Of a stretch of DNA of 64,000 nt, positions 18,127 to 28,445 are shown in pieces; position 1 is the first letter of the stretch, and every line of letters begins with the position of its first letter. This DNA is from an uncultured Anaerolineales bacterium (GTDB taxonomy: Bacteria; Chloroflexota; Anaerolineae; Anaerolineales; UBA11858). The DNA is taken from positions 522-64,521 of the forward strand of contig CAYTKR010000007.1 of the NCBI GenBank assembly GCA_964438295.1, written 5' to 3'. The notes under the pieces are model-generated. The model did not search any database. It was not told the DNA's origin and saw only the letters and a list, made by a program, of their open reading frames with translations. Both the position numbers and the translations under genes were made by a program.

Positions 18127-19799
18127 CAGAGATCCTCATTGATGGGAAAGACGATTTCTATGCTTGTCCCCTCTTGGTAACTTACTTTCAAATTTCCCTG
18201 AATTTGGCTGACTAGGGCGCCAATCAATTTGAATCCTAGGGTTTTGCTTTCATTGATATCCATGTCTTGGGGGATACCAACACCATCATCACGAATTCTC
18301 AATAGAAGTTGTTGATCATAGAGTCGTTTACAAAATACTTGGATTGTTCCTCGCGTTTTAGAAGGAAATGCATGCTTCAGCGCATTGGTGATTATCTCAT
18401 AAGCAATTAAGCCGCAGGGTGTCGCCAAATCATAGGGGATAAGGATCTTTTCTACTTGGATATCTATTGCAACATTCCGCTGTGGAATCTCTTCAATTTT
18501 GATGATATTTGTTGTTAAATCATTAATGTAGTTGGCAAAATCGATGTAATTCACACCTTTCGATTGGTATAAATTTTCATGCACCAGTGCAATTGCTTGA
18601 ATGCGCTCCTGGCTATTCAGAAAAGCCTCTCTCATTGCCTGGTCCTTGATAAGATCAGATTGCAATCGAAAAATACTTGAGATCACCTGAAGATTATTTT
18701 TGGCGCGATGATGGATTTCTCTGAGTAAAGTTTCTTTCTCTTCCAGTGAGATTTTGATCTGTCTCTCCATTTCGGCGCGCCGGCTGATGTCGTGAAGAAT
18801 ATAAATCGAATTGACTGATTTCCCCTCCCAGTTTTGCATCTTGATGTGTTGAGTTTCGAGAGTGGTTACTGAACCCGCATGGTTTAAAGTGACCCTACAA
18901 CTTCCATCCTGCCCAAGTTTCTCTAGATCGATCTCTGGAAGTAGTTCGTTTATCGGCTGCCCAATGGAATTCGTTAGCGATTTTCCAACCAAACACTCAG
19001 CATTTTCGTTCATATCGATCATGCGGTTTTGGATATCGGTCACGAAAATGAAATCATCGATAGTGTCGAAGATTTCATTTTGTGATACAGAGACTAGTTG
19101 TTTGCGATGAGAATTCTCCAAACTATAAGCAATTATTATTCCGAAAAAAATGGCCACAATAGGAATGGGTTTGAGGGGATCAAAAAACTCTGGATTGAAC
19201 ACTTGAATGAAAATGGTACCCACGGGCATAAACATTCCTAACAGCAAAGCTATTTTGCTGCTGTGAAGTGGGAAAATCCACCACGATGATCCAAATGAGG
19301 AAACCAGTAGCATGCTGCCTACTGCGATTAGGGCGCCATTGTATATTGCAAATATCCACCATCCAATTCCATAATTCATGGTCACAACATCGTAGGGGCC
19401 ATGCTGATGCAGGGTATATTGTTGATACATGATTCCATGGAATTGATTTGTAAGTGCCAAGAGGAAGGTCAACGCAGGAATCAGGCTTAGCAGAATGAGT
19501 CTTCGGCGAGATAGCCATTGATCACCATGGATAAACTGATTCATGGAAATAAACGCAATTGTTCCAGGAGATACCACACCGAGAAATGAGATTTTGATCC
19601 ACAATAGCTTGGTGGAAAGGTGTGTACTCATTGTGTTAAATCCTAAGCTGAATACCCACACTGCCGCGAAGACCAGCATTGGTGCTAATGTATCGACCCC
19701 CGGGTTGCGGTTTTCGTTTCGCCAGATCAGATAGGCGCCGATTAGCGCAACGATCCCAGCTGCAGAGTAAATTACCGGAAGATCTAATAGCCAGCCCAT
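18126..19799 (-). CDS. Sensor histidine kinase, 7TM-PAS-HisKA_2-HATPase, type B (B1)
   Basis: Hydrophobic N-terminus with WRNENRNPG, PAS-like FIFVTDIQNRMIDMNENAE, H-box EIHHRAKNNLQVISS, N-box AYEIITNALKHAF and G-box DDGVGIP. Confidence 0.85.
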   Translation of the reverse strand: MGWLLDLPVIYSAAGIVALIGAYLIWRNENRNPGVDTLAPMLVFAAVWVFSLGFNTMSTHLSTKLLWIKISFLGVVSPGTIAFISMNQFIHGDQWLSRRRLILLSLIPALTFLLALTNQFHGIMYQQYTLHQHGPYDVVTMNYGIGWWIFAIYNGALIAVGSMLLVSSFGSSWWIFPLHSSKIALLLGMFMPVGTIFIQVFNPEFFDPLKPIPIVAIFFGIIIAYSLENSHRKQLVSVSQNEIFDTIDDFIFVTDIQNRMIDMNENAECLVGKSLTNSIGQPINELLPEIDLEKLGQDGSCRVTLNHAGSVTTLETQHIKMQNWEGKSVNSIYILHDISRRAEMERQIKISLEEKETLLREIHHRAKNNLQVISSIFRLQSDLIKDQAMREAFLNSQERIQAIALVHENLYQSKGVNYIDFANYINDLTTNIIKIEEIPQRNVAIDIQVEKILIPYDLATPCGLIAYEIITNALKHAFPSKTRGTIQVFCKRLYDQQLLLRIRDDGVGIPQDMDINESKTLGFKLIGALVSQIQGNLKVSYQEGTSIEIVFPINEDL

Positions 19800-19824
19800 C
19801 GATCCAAACCTCTGTTAATCCGTC

Positions 19825-21492
19825 TTAAATAGGGCATTCGAGTATGAACGTAGCGCCTCCCCGCCGCAAAATTGATATTTCTCCATTAAGTTGATGACTC
19901 AAGGTCTCGACGAGTTTCAAACCCAACGATTGGCTCGTCCGTAGATCAAATCCAGTGGGAAGACCCACACCATTGTCTGAGACGCTCAGGCGCAGCAAAC
20001 CTTGGGGAGTCTTCCTCGCAGCTACTCGTATTTCCCCCTTAGCTCCATGGGGAAAGGCGTGTTTGAGAGCGTTTGAGAGCAGCTCATTTAGGATCAGGCC
20101 ACAGGATATTCCCGTATCGATGTCAACGAAGATCTCATCCGCTTCAACCTTAAATACTGAATTTCCATACCCACCATTTGTGCTGACTGCCAATAGCGAG
20201 ACCAAATCGCTGATATATTCTCCAAATTCGATTTTCACCAGGTTTTTCGTTTGGTAAAGTTTGTCATGGATCAGAGCCATGGCCTGTATGCGGTTTTGAC
20301 TATCTTCGTAGATAGTGTGAAGGGTTTGTTCGTTAATATTGTGAGACATCAAACCTGTCAGGCTGGATACAATTTGCAAATTGTTCTTGATGTAATGGTG
20401 GATTTCGCGTAAAAGTTCCTCCTTTTCCTGCAGGGAAGCTTTGATACTATCTTGATATTCAGATGAAATCGTGATATCCGTCAATGTGATGATTGAACCT
20501 CGAATGTGATCGGGTCGCAATTGGATCGGATCCGATGTAATCTGGTATGTGTTTTGCTGCTCTCGATTAGCGTGAGTGGATGTTTCTTGATGTTTCTTCA
20601 GTAATCTCTTGAGGTTCATCCAGGAAGATGCAAAATTTTCATTCCACAATTCTTCCATAGGTTGCCCAACCATATTTCTATCACCCCGTTGAAAGATTTG
20701 TGCTGCTGCGGGATTGTGGTCCAGGATAGTATCTTCCGAGTCAAGCACGAAGATGCCGTCGTTGATATTGTCGATGATGGCATTGCGTACCACTGGTACG
20801 ATATCCCCTACGCGCAGTTGGCTGTTGAAGCGAATATTTATCATCCGGCTGATTGCAAATGTCATGGGGGTTAACTCGATTGTTGGGATGAGGTGGATAT
20901 CGAGTAGATCGAACACCGAGCCGAGTAAAGGTAAAAATGAAGAAAAGATCAACACTACAGCCTGCTTACCAAAAATATTGCGGTAGTACGCGGCAGATCT
21001 GGTGAAAGGGATAATGCTGATAACTACCAAGTAATATGCAATCCCAATACAAATCCAGTAGGCAATTCCCCGGTCAAATTGCAGCTCATCATATGGGTTC
21101 ATTGGATTCAATTGGGCATTGAACCATAGCAAGCTGTGCCAATCGCTACTAATGATTAAGAACAATGCGATCGGAAGGAAAATGAAGATGAAAATATTGT
21201 GGTTCTTATTGCTGCTTTCTGAAAAAATAAATGTTTGGGAAGCCAAGTACCAGCCAATTGGAGCCGCAATGATGGCAATAAACTGGATTTTGTTCCAAAA
21301 AATCTTAGCATCCAGATCGACAGCACCGAGTTCGAAGGCATGTGTGAACAGCCAAAAAGCTCCTGCGAACATGACCAGATCCACAGAATCGACATTTTTT
21401 TTCTTTTGTCGCCATCCCAGATCGAGAAATACTATAAAAATCGCCACCATCAGGGGCAAAATTGCGAAAGAAATACCAGCAATATGCATCAT
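19825..21492 (-). CDS. Sensor histidine kinase, type A (A2)
   Basis: Collinear with A1 and A3. H-box EIHHYIKNNLQIVSS, LNELLSNALKHAF, DNGVGLP. ATGA overlap with B2. Confidence 0.85.
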   Translation of the reverse strand: MMHIAGISFAILPLMVAIFIVFLDLGWRQKKKNVDSVDLVMFAGAFWLFTHAFELGAVDLDAKIFWNKIQFIAIIAAPIGWYLASQTFIFSESSNKNHNIFIFIFLPIALFLIISSDWHSLLWFNAQLNPMNPYDELQFDRGIAYWICIGIAYYLVVISIIPFTRSAAYYRNIFGKQAVVLIFSSFLPLLGSVFDLLDIHLIPTIELTPMTFAISRMINIRFNSQLRVGDIVPVVRNAIIDNINDGIFVLDSEDTILDHNPAAAQIFQRGDRNMVGQPMEELWNENFASSWMNLKRLLKKHQETSTHANREQQNTYQITSDPIQLRPDHIRGSIITLTDITISSEYQDSIKASLQEKEELLREIHHYIKNNLQIVSSLTGLMSHNINEQTLHTIYEDSQNRIQAMALIHDKLYQTKNLVKIEFGEYISDLVSLLAVSTNGGYGNSVFKVEADEIFVDIDTGISCGLILNELLSNALKHAFPHGAKGEIRVAARKTPQGLLRLSVSDNGVGLPTGFDLRTSQSLGLKLVETLSHQLNGEISILRRGGATFILECPI

Positions 21493-23156
21493 AGATTATT
21501 TCCCATGGGAATGACAATTTCGATACATGTGCCTGGACTCCGGTCTATCTCGATTAGCCCCTGAGTTTGAAGTATCAGGGCGTTGATTAATTGGAATCCC
21601 AAAGTTTTGCTATCAGTTATATTGATATGTTTGGGTAAAGCAACACCATTGTCTCTGACATTAATTAGAAGATGGTTGTCCGGCTGTTTTTGACAGATGA
21701 TCTGGATCATGCCACTCATTTTGGAGGGGAAGGCATGCTTGAAGGCGTTAGAGATGAGTTCGTACACAATAAGCCCACATGGAGTTGCTAAATCGTAGGG
21801 GATTTGAATTCCGTCGACTTGAATATCGATGGAAATCGTTGATAGAGTTTTCTTATTTTGCGGGATTAACATTTCGATCAACGAATGCACATAGTCGGAA
21901 AAATCTATATAATTGACTCCTTCAGACAGGTATAGTTTTTCATGGACAAGTGCTATGGCTTGGATGCGCTCTTTACTCTCCAGGAAAAGGGCCCTGATTT
22001 GTTTGGATTCGATCAGGGCAGATTGTAAATTGAAGATGCTGGAAATCACCTGTAAATTATTTTTAGCGCGATGATGAATTTCTCTCAGCAGAGTCTCTTT
22101 TTCTTGCAGTGATGAAATAATGCGCTGTTCCATTTGAACTCGATGGGATATGTCGCGCAGGATATAGATGTGATTGACTGGCCTGGCTTCCCAATTGAGC
22201 ATTTTAACTAGCGTACACTCGTATGATCTGCACACATCAGGTTGGTCAATTTCAATAAGACATGGATTTTCTTTATTCAAGTCGATCTCGTCTAGTTGGG
22301 GCAAAAGTGTGTTGATGGTTTGACCGATGGTTTTGGTCAGTGTTCTCTCAAAAACCCTTTCTGCCTCCTTGTTCATATCGACGACTCGGTTCTGAAGATC
22401 GGCAACCAAAATTATTTTTTTGATCCTGTCGAATAGTTCATGTCGAGATACGGAAACGATTTTTTGACGGCCTACTTTGTCTAGACCAAAAGCTGTGGTC
22501 ATCCCTGCTAGGATAATCGCCAGCGATGTTGGTTTTAGCGGCCCAAATAATGCTGGTTTGAATATTTGTAATAATAGGACGATTACCGGCGCTGACGTTC
22601 CGATAAACATGATGAACCCATTAATTCGGAATGACCACCAGGATCTTCCAAGAATGCCTATCAGCTTTCCACCGCCAATGAGTATTATCGATATGTTAAA
22701 TGCGAAAAATATCCATAATGCGGTACCGTAGGTTGGTGTTATGATCTGGTAGTGTCCATACTGATTTAAAGAATAACTTTGGTAAATCAAGCCATGGTAT
22801 GGGTTTGTAAGCATCAAAAGGATTGCCAGAGTAGGAGCAATACTGAAAAGAATCAGTTTTCGACTGGAGAGCCATTGGTCCCCTTGAATATACTGGTTTA
22901 TCGAAAAAAACCAAGTTATGCCCGTATAGGCAACCCCAATAAAATGAAACTTTACCCAGAAAATTTTAGTCGCGTAGGCATGACTTACGGTACTCAGCGC
23001 CAATCCAAATACCCACTCAGCTGCTAACAATAGCATGATTGACAATGATCTCGCGCCCGGATTGCGGTTTTCGTTTCGCAAAATCAGATAGGCGCTAATC
23101 AATGCAACAATCCCAGCGCCAATGTAAATTAAGGGATTAAACCAAAGCCAGCCCAT
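21489..23156 (-). CDS. Sensor histidine kinase, type B (B2)
   Basis: Collinear with B1 and B3. LRNENRNPG, EIHHRAKNNLQVISS, VYELISNAFKHAF, DNGVALP. Confidence 0.85.
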   Translation of the reverse strand: MGWLWFNPLIYIGAGIVALISAYLILRNENRNPGARSLSIMLLLAAEWVFGLALSTVSHAYATKIFWVKFHFIGVAYTGITWFFSINQYIQGDQWLSSRKLILFSIAPTLAILLMLTNPYHGLIYQSYSLNQYGHYQIITPTYGTALWIFFAFNISIILIGGGKLIGILGRSWWSFRINGFIMFIGTSAPVIVLLLQIFKPALFGPLKPTSLAIILAGMTTAFGLDKVGRQKIVSVSRHELFDRIKKIILVADLQNRVVDMNKEAERVFERTLTKTIGQTINTLLPQLDEIDLNKENPCLIEIDQPDVCRSYECTLVKMLNWEARPVNHIYILRDISHRVQMEQRIISSLQEKETLLREIHHRAKNNLQVISSIFNLQSALIESKQIRALFLESKERIQAIALVHEKLYLSEGVNYIDFSDYVHSLIEMLIPQNKKTLSTISIDIQVDGIQIPYDLATPCGLIVYELISNAFKHAFPSKMSGMIQIICQKQPDNHLLINVRDNGVALPKHINITDSKTLGFQLINALILQTQGLIEIDRSPGTCIEIVIPMGNNL

Positions 23157-23175
23157 TCGTCAATACCTCAGGTGT

Positions 23176-24843
23176 TTAACTCGAAATCGGGCATTCTAGT
23201 ATGAAAGTGGCGCCTCCTCGCCGGTCGATTAGAATCTCACCATTAAGTTGAAAACTCAGAGTCTCAACGAGCTTCAATCCTAGCGATTGACTTTTTTGCA
23301 AGTCAAATCCATCTGGAAGACCGACACCATTGTCTGATACTCTCAGACAGAGCCAGCCGATGGGATTTTCCCTCGCTGTGACTCGAATCTCACCCTGGAC
23401 CCCGTTTGGGAATGCGTGTTTGATTGAATTTGAGACCAGCTCATTCAAGATCAGCCCACAAGCAATGCCTGTATCGATATCCACCACAATTTCATCGGAT
23501 GTCACATGAAATTGTGTATTTCCATAGCCACTATTCTGGCTAATAATCAATAACGAGACTAGATCACTGATATATTCGCCAAATTCGATTTCAACCAGGC
23601 TTTTGGTTTGGTAAAGTTTGTCATGAATCAGGGCCATGGCCTGAATTCTGTTCTGGCTTTCTTCGTAGATTTTTTGAAGAGATTGGTCGTTGATCTTGTG
23701 CGCCAATAAACCTGCCAGGCTGGAGACAATTTGCAAGTTGTTCCTGATATAGTGGTGAATTTCTTGGAGCAATAATTCCTTATCTTGCAAGGATGTCTTG
23801 ATTTTCTCTTCGTAATCAATTGAGGTTGAAATATCATTCAAGAGTAATACTGATCCTCGAATGTGATTTGGGCGTAGTTGAACTGGATTCGATGTCACCT
23901 GATATGTGTGAGGTTTGAAATACGTTGTTCTTATAGAAGCTATTTGGGAAGCATTCAGTAGTGGGCTGAATTCTTCCCAAGAAATCTCAAAATGCTCATC
24001 CCAGATTATTCCGATAGGTTGGCCGATCAGGCTTTCGCCAGGCTGTTGGATGATTTTCGCTGCAGCCGGGTTGTGATCGAGGATGATATTTTCCGAATCA
24101 ATGACAATGATGCCATTGTTGATGTTATCAATAGTGACTTCGCGCACAACAGGGACGATATCGCCAACGCGCAGTTGGCTGTTGACTCTAATGTTTAGCA
24201 TGCGGCTGATGGCGAAGGCTAGCGGGGTCGTTTCAATTGTTGGAATCAGTTCAATACGGAGTAGATCGAGGATTGAGCCAAGGACCGGCAGAAGTGCTGT
24301 GGTGAGCAACAGCACAGCTTGTTTTCCATATAAGTTTCGATAATAATATGCTGATCTGGCAAATGGGATCAAGCTTATCATCACCAGATAATAGGCAATC
24401 CCGATGAATATCCAATAGGCACTGCCTTGGTCTGTGATCAACTGGTCGTAAGGGTCTAGCGGATTCAGGCGCTCATTCGACCACAACAATTCATGTAAAT
24501 CGTTGGTAACAATCAAGGCCAGTGCCGTCGCCAGGAATACGAAAATATATATTCTCCGATACCTGTTATGCTTCCCTGCAATGATATAGGTTTGCGTGCC
24601 CAAATACCAGGCAATTGGGATGGTTATGATCGTGATGAACTGTAATTTATTCCAGAATATCTTGTTGGCTAAATCGGGAGTTCCAATTTCGAAGGCGTGT
24701 GTAGCCAACCAGCCAGCGCCAGCCAATAGGACGAGATCCACTGCGTGAATTCGCTGCTGTGGAGTACGCCAGCCAACATCCAGGATCACGATCAATATCG
24801 CCAACAACATAGGAGGGATCGAGAAATGTAAATCAGGCATCAT
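23176..24843 (-). CDS. Sensor histidine kinase, type A (A3)
   Basis: EIHHYIRNNLQIVSS, LNELVSNSIKHAF, DNGVGLP. I prefer the start at MMPDLHF (24843), 1 nt after the B3 TAG, over the tracked 24903 start, which would overlap B3 by 59 nt. Confidence 0.8.
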   Translation of the reverse strand: MMPDLHFSIPPMLLAILIVILDVGWRTPQQRIHAVDLVLLAGAGWLATHAFEIGTPDLANKIFWNKLQFITIITIPIAWYLGTQTYIIAGKHNRYRRIYIFVFLATALALIVTNDLHELLWSNERLNPLDPYDQLITDQGSAYWIFIGIAYYLVMISLIPFARSAYYYRNLYGKQAVLLLTTALLPVLGSILDLLRIELIPTIETTPLAFAISRMLNIRVNSQLRVGDIVPVVREVTIDNINNGIIVIDSENIILDHNPAAAKIIQQPGESLIGQPIGIIWDEHFEISWEEFSPLLNASQIASIRTTYFKPHTYQVTSNPVQLRPNHIRGSVLLLNDISTSIDYEEKIKTSLQDKELLLQEIHHYIRNNLQIVSSLAGLLAHKINDQSLQKIYEESQNRIQAMALIHDKLYQTKSLVEIEFGEYISDLVSLLIISQNSGYGNTQFHVTSDEIVVDIDTGIACGLILNELVSNSIKHAFPNGVQGEIRVTARENPIGWLCLRVSDNGVGLPDGFDLQKSQSLGLKLVETLSFQLNGEILIDRRGGATFILECPISS

Positions 24844-24844
24844 C

Positions 24845-26515
24845 CTATTCCATTGTGTCCAGAGGAAAGACGATTTCGATTCTGGTACCTGGTTGTTGAT
24901 CAACCTTGAGATGTCCCTGTATTTGATAAACCAGAGCGGTGATCAATTGGAACCCGAGCGTATTGCATTCGTTGATGTCGATATTTTCCGGAATTCCGAT
25001 TCCATCATCGCTGATTATTAGTAGCATTTGATCATCCTGGCGGATACGACAGATTATCCGGACCGTGCCTTTTTTCCTATTGGGGAAGGCATGCTGCAGC
25101 GCATTCGAAATCAGTTCGTAAGCGATCAGTCCGCAGGGTGTGGCTAAATCGTAAGGAATGCTAATGCCTTCAACGTAAATCTCGAAGGTGATCTCGGAAT
25201 TTGCGCTTCCCATAGCTCTCATCAGGCGCTCGATCAATGTTTGAATATAGTCGGAGTAGTCAATATAGTTGACCCCCTCAGATTGATACAATTTCTCATG
25301 CACCAGCGCGATGGCCTGGATGCGTTCCTGACTCTCTTGAAAAGCATCCCTCATTTCCTCGGATTCGATGAGATTCGATTGCAAGTTAAAGATGCTAGAA
25401 ATCACCTGTAGGTTATTCTTGGCTCGATGGTGTATTTCTCTCAGCAAGGTTTCTTTTTCTTGTACCGATGATTTGATCCGTTGCTCCATCGCGGCACGTT
25501 TGGTTGTGTCGCGCAAAACATATAATGTATTGATTGGCTCCCCTTCCCAGTTGCTCATATGGCCGAGTTCGCATTCGTATATCTTGGTATTGTCCTGGCC
25601 TTCAACGGTGAGACGAGAATTATTTCCTTTGCGAAATTCGATCTGGCTGAATTGCGGAAAGAGCTTCGAAATCGGTCGGCCGATAGAAGCAGCTAACGTC
25701 TCCCCCAAAAAAGACTCTGCGTGTTTATTCATATCGATGATGCGATTATGAATATCAGTCACGAAGATAATATCATCAATGGTGTCGAAGACTTCATGGC
25801 GGGATACTGACACGATTTGTTGGCGGCGAGCGCTCTCCAGACCATACGCCGCGGTTATGCCAGCGAAGATGATTGCCAGTGATGTTGGCCTCAGTGGGCC
25901 GAAGATTTCCAAATTGAACACTTGCAAGAGTAGAACAATCACGGGTGTGAGAGTGCTTAACAACATAAGGGTTCCGTTGACGCGGAAAGTCCACCATGAC
26001 TGCCCAAGGGTTGCGATCAGAATCAAGCTACCCCCAATGATAAGCACGCCATTGTAAATCAAGAAGATCCACAAAGCGATCCCGTATGTAATAGTGGTTA
26101 TATCGTACGGACCATAGGGAACCAGGAAAATTTCTTTGTAGATGAGGCCGTGGGATTGGTTGGTGAAGGCTAATAAAACTGTCAGGGCAGGAACCGTCAG
26201 TAAGAGAATCAATTTAGGATGAGTGAGCCATTGATTCCCTTGAATATACTGGTTGATAGAGATGTACCAGGCAGTCCCTGCAAAGGCAACACCGATGAAA
26301 TGGATATTTATCCAAAATATCTTGGTTGAATAGGTAGTGCTGATGGTACCCAAGGCTAATCCGAAGACCCATTCAGCCGCGAGGACAAGCATGATCGCCA
26401 GGGTTTCTGCACCTGGGTTGCGCTTTTCGTTGCGCCAGGTGGTTCGTGCGCCAGCTAGGGCTACAATCCCACTTAAAATATATAGACCTGGGGGGTAGAA
26501 CCATTCCCAATACAT
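24845..26515 (-). CDS. Sensor histidine kinase, type B (B3)
   Basis: WRNEKRNPG, EIHHRAKNNLQVISS, AYELISNALQHAF, DDGIGIP. The ATG at 26515 (MYWEWF..) aligns with the B1/B2 N-termini. The tracked start at 26533 is a TTG. Confidence 0.8.
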   Translation of the reverse strand: MYWEWFYPPGLYILSGIVALAGARTTWRNEKRNPGAETLAIMLVLAAEWVFGLALGTISTTYSTKIFWINIHFIGVAFAGTAWYISINQYIQGNQWLTHPKLILLLTVPALTVLLAFTNQSHGLIYKEIFLVPYGPYDITTITYGIALWIFLIYNGVLIIGGSLILIATLGQSWWTFRVNGTLMLLSTLTPVIVLLLQVFNLEIFGPLRPTSLAIIFAGITAAYGLESARRQQIVSVSRHEVFDTIDDIIFVTDIHNRIIDMNKHAESFLGETLAASIGRPISKLFPQFSQIEFRKGNNSRLTVEGQDNTKIYECELGHMSNWEGEPINTLYVLRDTTKRAAMEQRIKSSVQEKETLLREIHHRAKNNLQVISSIFNLQSNLIESEEMRDAFQESQERIQAIALVHEKLYQSEGVNYIDYSDYIQTLIERLMRAMGSANSEITFEIYVEGISIPYDLATPCGLIAYELISNALQHAFPNRKKGTVRIICRIRQDDQMLLIISDDGIGIPENIDINECNTLGFQLITALVYQIQGHLKVDQQPGTRIEIVFPLDTME

Positions 26516-26681
26516 GATCGATTCTTTGGCCAATCAAACGTTGATACTGTTGGGTTGAGACTTTTTTATCTTAACATATTTTCTCTCCCCCTAGTATGGA
26601 TTGACTGGACCCTTGTGAAACTGTAAGGTCGTGCTATGGAGAAATCATGAAATATTGTCGCGTTCGCTGGCACCCAAATTG

Positions 26682-28445
26682 TCAAGTAACCAGGTTTACT
26701 TTCAGCCAACGGATTTGAAACGGAGCTAATCGAATCTCTTTGGATTGAGTGAATTCTGATTCGTCCAAAAGATCGCAGTATCCGGAATTATTGGGCAGAT
26801 TCAATACCCCGAGTTCGGGCATCAGCATTTGCGGTTGGTCGGTGACATTGATCAGGCATAGAATCGTTTCGCTCGCATCGATTGCGCTACGTGAGACAGC
26901 GAAGACATTCTGATGAATGGTGAGAATTTGCTGCCCACCCTGGGGATGGAAGGCGGGATGCTGCTGGCGGACTCTGAGTAGCTGCGCATAGCCAGTGTAT
27001 ACCCGCGCTGGCAATGAATCTGGATCGCTCAAATCGGTTTCCAAATCAACGACATGCAATTTCTGGCGGTTGATAGTGCGGTACCGCCCAGTTTGCTCAA
27101 CACCCTCGCACCAGTTGCACGAACCAAACAAGCTGTGAAAATAGATTCCTGGAACCCCTCGCAGCGATAGCATGATTGCCTGACTCGCCAAAAATCGTTT
27201 TGCAATCAGATCGAGGTCATCGCTGGGGGATGCAGGGTTTCCTAAGGCATCTAAATAGTTGATGTTGAGTTCATAAGGGCTATGGGAACCATCTTCATTG
27301 CTCTTCGAGGAGATGAACCCGCCCAGTTGTTGCGTGCGTTGTGCGGCTGCATCAAGATCGTCTGGCGTAAGTAAGTTTTTGACCGGCATCATCCCAATGC
27401 CATCATGGGAGGCCAGAAAATTGAAGAAAGTCGCCTGATCTGAGGGCAACTCTAGGGTTTCGGCCCAGGCAGAGAGAATGCTGACATCCCCCGTGTGGAA
27501 TGTATTCAAGGCCAGCATGGGTAGGGCGAAATTGTAGACCATCTGGGCTTCGTTGGTGCCATTGCCAAAGTATGCGATATTGTCTCTGTGGGGCACATTT
27601 GTCTCGGTGATGATGGCAACGCGGGGGGCCGCGATATCGAGTACGGTGCGCATCAATTGCACGATTCGATGGGTGCGCGGCAGATTGATACAATCTGTGC
27701 CGATCTCCTTCCAGACATAAGTCACCGCGTCCAGGCGGATGAATTCAGCGCCATGGGCCGCGTAAAATAACAAGATATCGATGACTTCAATGAGCACATC
27801 GGGGTTGCGATAGTTCAAATCGATCTGGTCGGCGCTGAAAGTTGTCCAGACTAATTTTTCACCAGAGTTGGTTTGAAACGGAGTCAGCAATGGGGTCGCA
27901 CGTGGCCTGAAGACGCGCGATAGATCCGTGCCGGGCTCAATAATGGTAAAAAATTGCTCGAAATCAGGATCACCCTGGAGGAAGCTCTGAAATTCCACAC
28001 TTTGGGATGAGATATGGTTGACCACAGCATCGAACATCAGGCGAAATTTATCCCCCAAACGAGCGACATCTTCCCAATTTCCAAATGCCGGGTTCACCTG
28101 GCGATAATCGATCACCGAAAAACCATCATCCGATGAGTAGGGGAAAAAGGGCAGGATGTGGACGGTGCTGACTACCTCTCCCAGGTATTCCTGGAGAAAT
28201 TCAACCAACGTTTGCAGCGGGGGTTGGCCTTCCCGCTGGACCATATCTGCGTAGGTGATCAAAATGGAATCGCGCTCGCTGAAGCGGTCTACTGGCCTAG
28301 ATGATGACAATTGCGGGTGGGCTGCGATGAAGCGTCGCAAACGCTCATTGATGCGCGCACCGATTTCTTCTGCAGAATCTTCTCCATAGATGAAAGTGAT
28401 ATGCTCTTGGAGTGTTTTTTCCAAATCGGACGGCATATCGTTCAT
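26682..28445 (-). CDS. GH13 subfamily-18-type sugar phosphorylase (sucrose phosphorylase family, long YcjM/glucosylglycerate-phosphorylase-like form)
   Basis: HILPFFPYSSDDGFSVIDYRQVNPAFGNWEDV, VVNHIS, the nucleophile block FIRLDAV and the acid/base block IITETNVPH. ATGA overlap with the upstream GT gene. Confidence 0.75.
   Translation of the reverse strand: MNDMPSDLEKTLQEHITFIYGEDSAEEIGARINERLRRFIAAHPQLSSSRPVDRFSERDSILITYADMVQREGQPPLQTLVEFLQEYLGEVVSTVHILPFFPYSSDDGFSVIDYRQVNPAFGNWEDVARLGDKFRLMFDAVVNHISSQSVEFQSFLQGDPDFEQFFTIIEPGTDLSRVFRPRATPLLTPFQTNSGEKLVWTTFSADQIDLNYRNPDVLIEVIDILLFYAAHGAEFIRLDAVTYVWKEIGTDCINLPRTHRIVQLMRTVLDIAAPRVAIITETNVPHRDNIAYFGNGTNEAQMVYNFALPMLALNTFHTGDVSILSAWAETLELPSDQATFFNFLASHDGIGMMPVKNLLTPDDLDAAAQRTQQLGGFISSKSNEDGSHSPYELNINYLDALGNPASPSDDLDLIAKRFLASQAIMLSLRGVPGIYFHSLFGSCNWCEGVEQTGRYRTINRQKLHVVDLETDLSDPDSLPARVYTGYAQLLRVRQQHPAFHPQGGQQILTIHQNVFAVSRSAIDASETILCLINVTDQPQMLMPELGVLNLPNNSGYCDLLDESEFTQSKEIRLAPFQIRWLKVNLVT

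Noticed and set aside
24844-24903. A 59-nt overlap between kinase genes A3 and B3, implied by the tracked A3 start.
   Set aside because: The other two pairs have stop/start junctions of 1-4 nt. An in-frame ATG-ATG at 24843-24838 reproduces that pattern and aligns with the A1/A2 N-termini.
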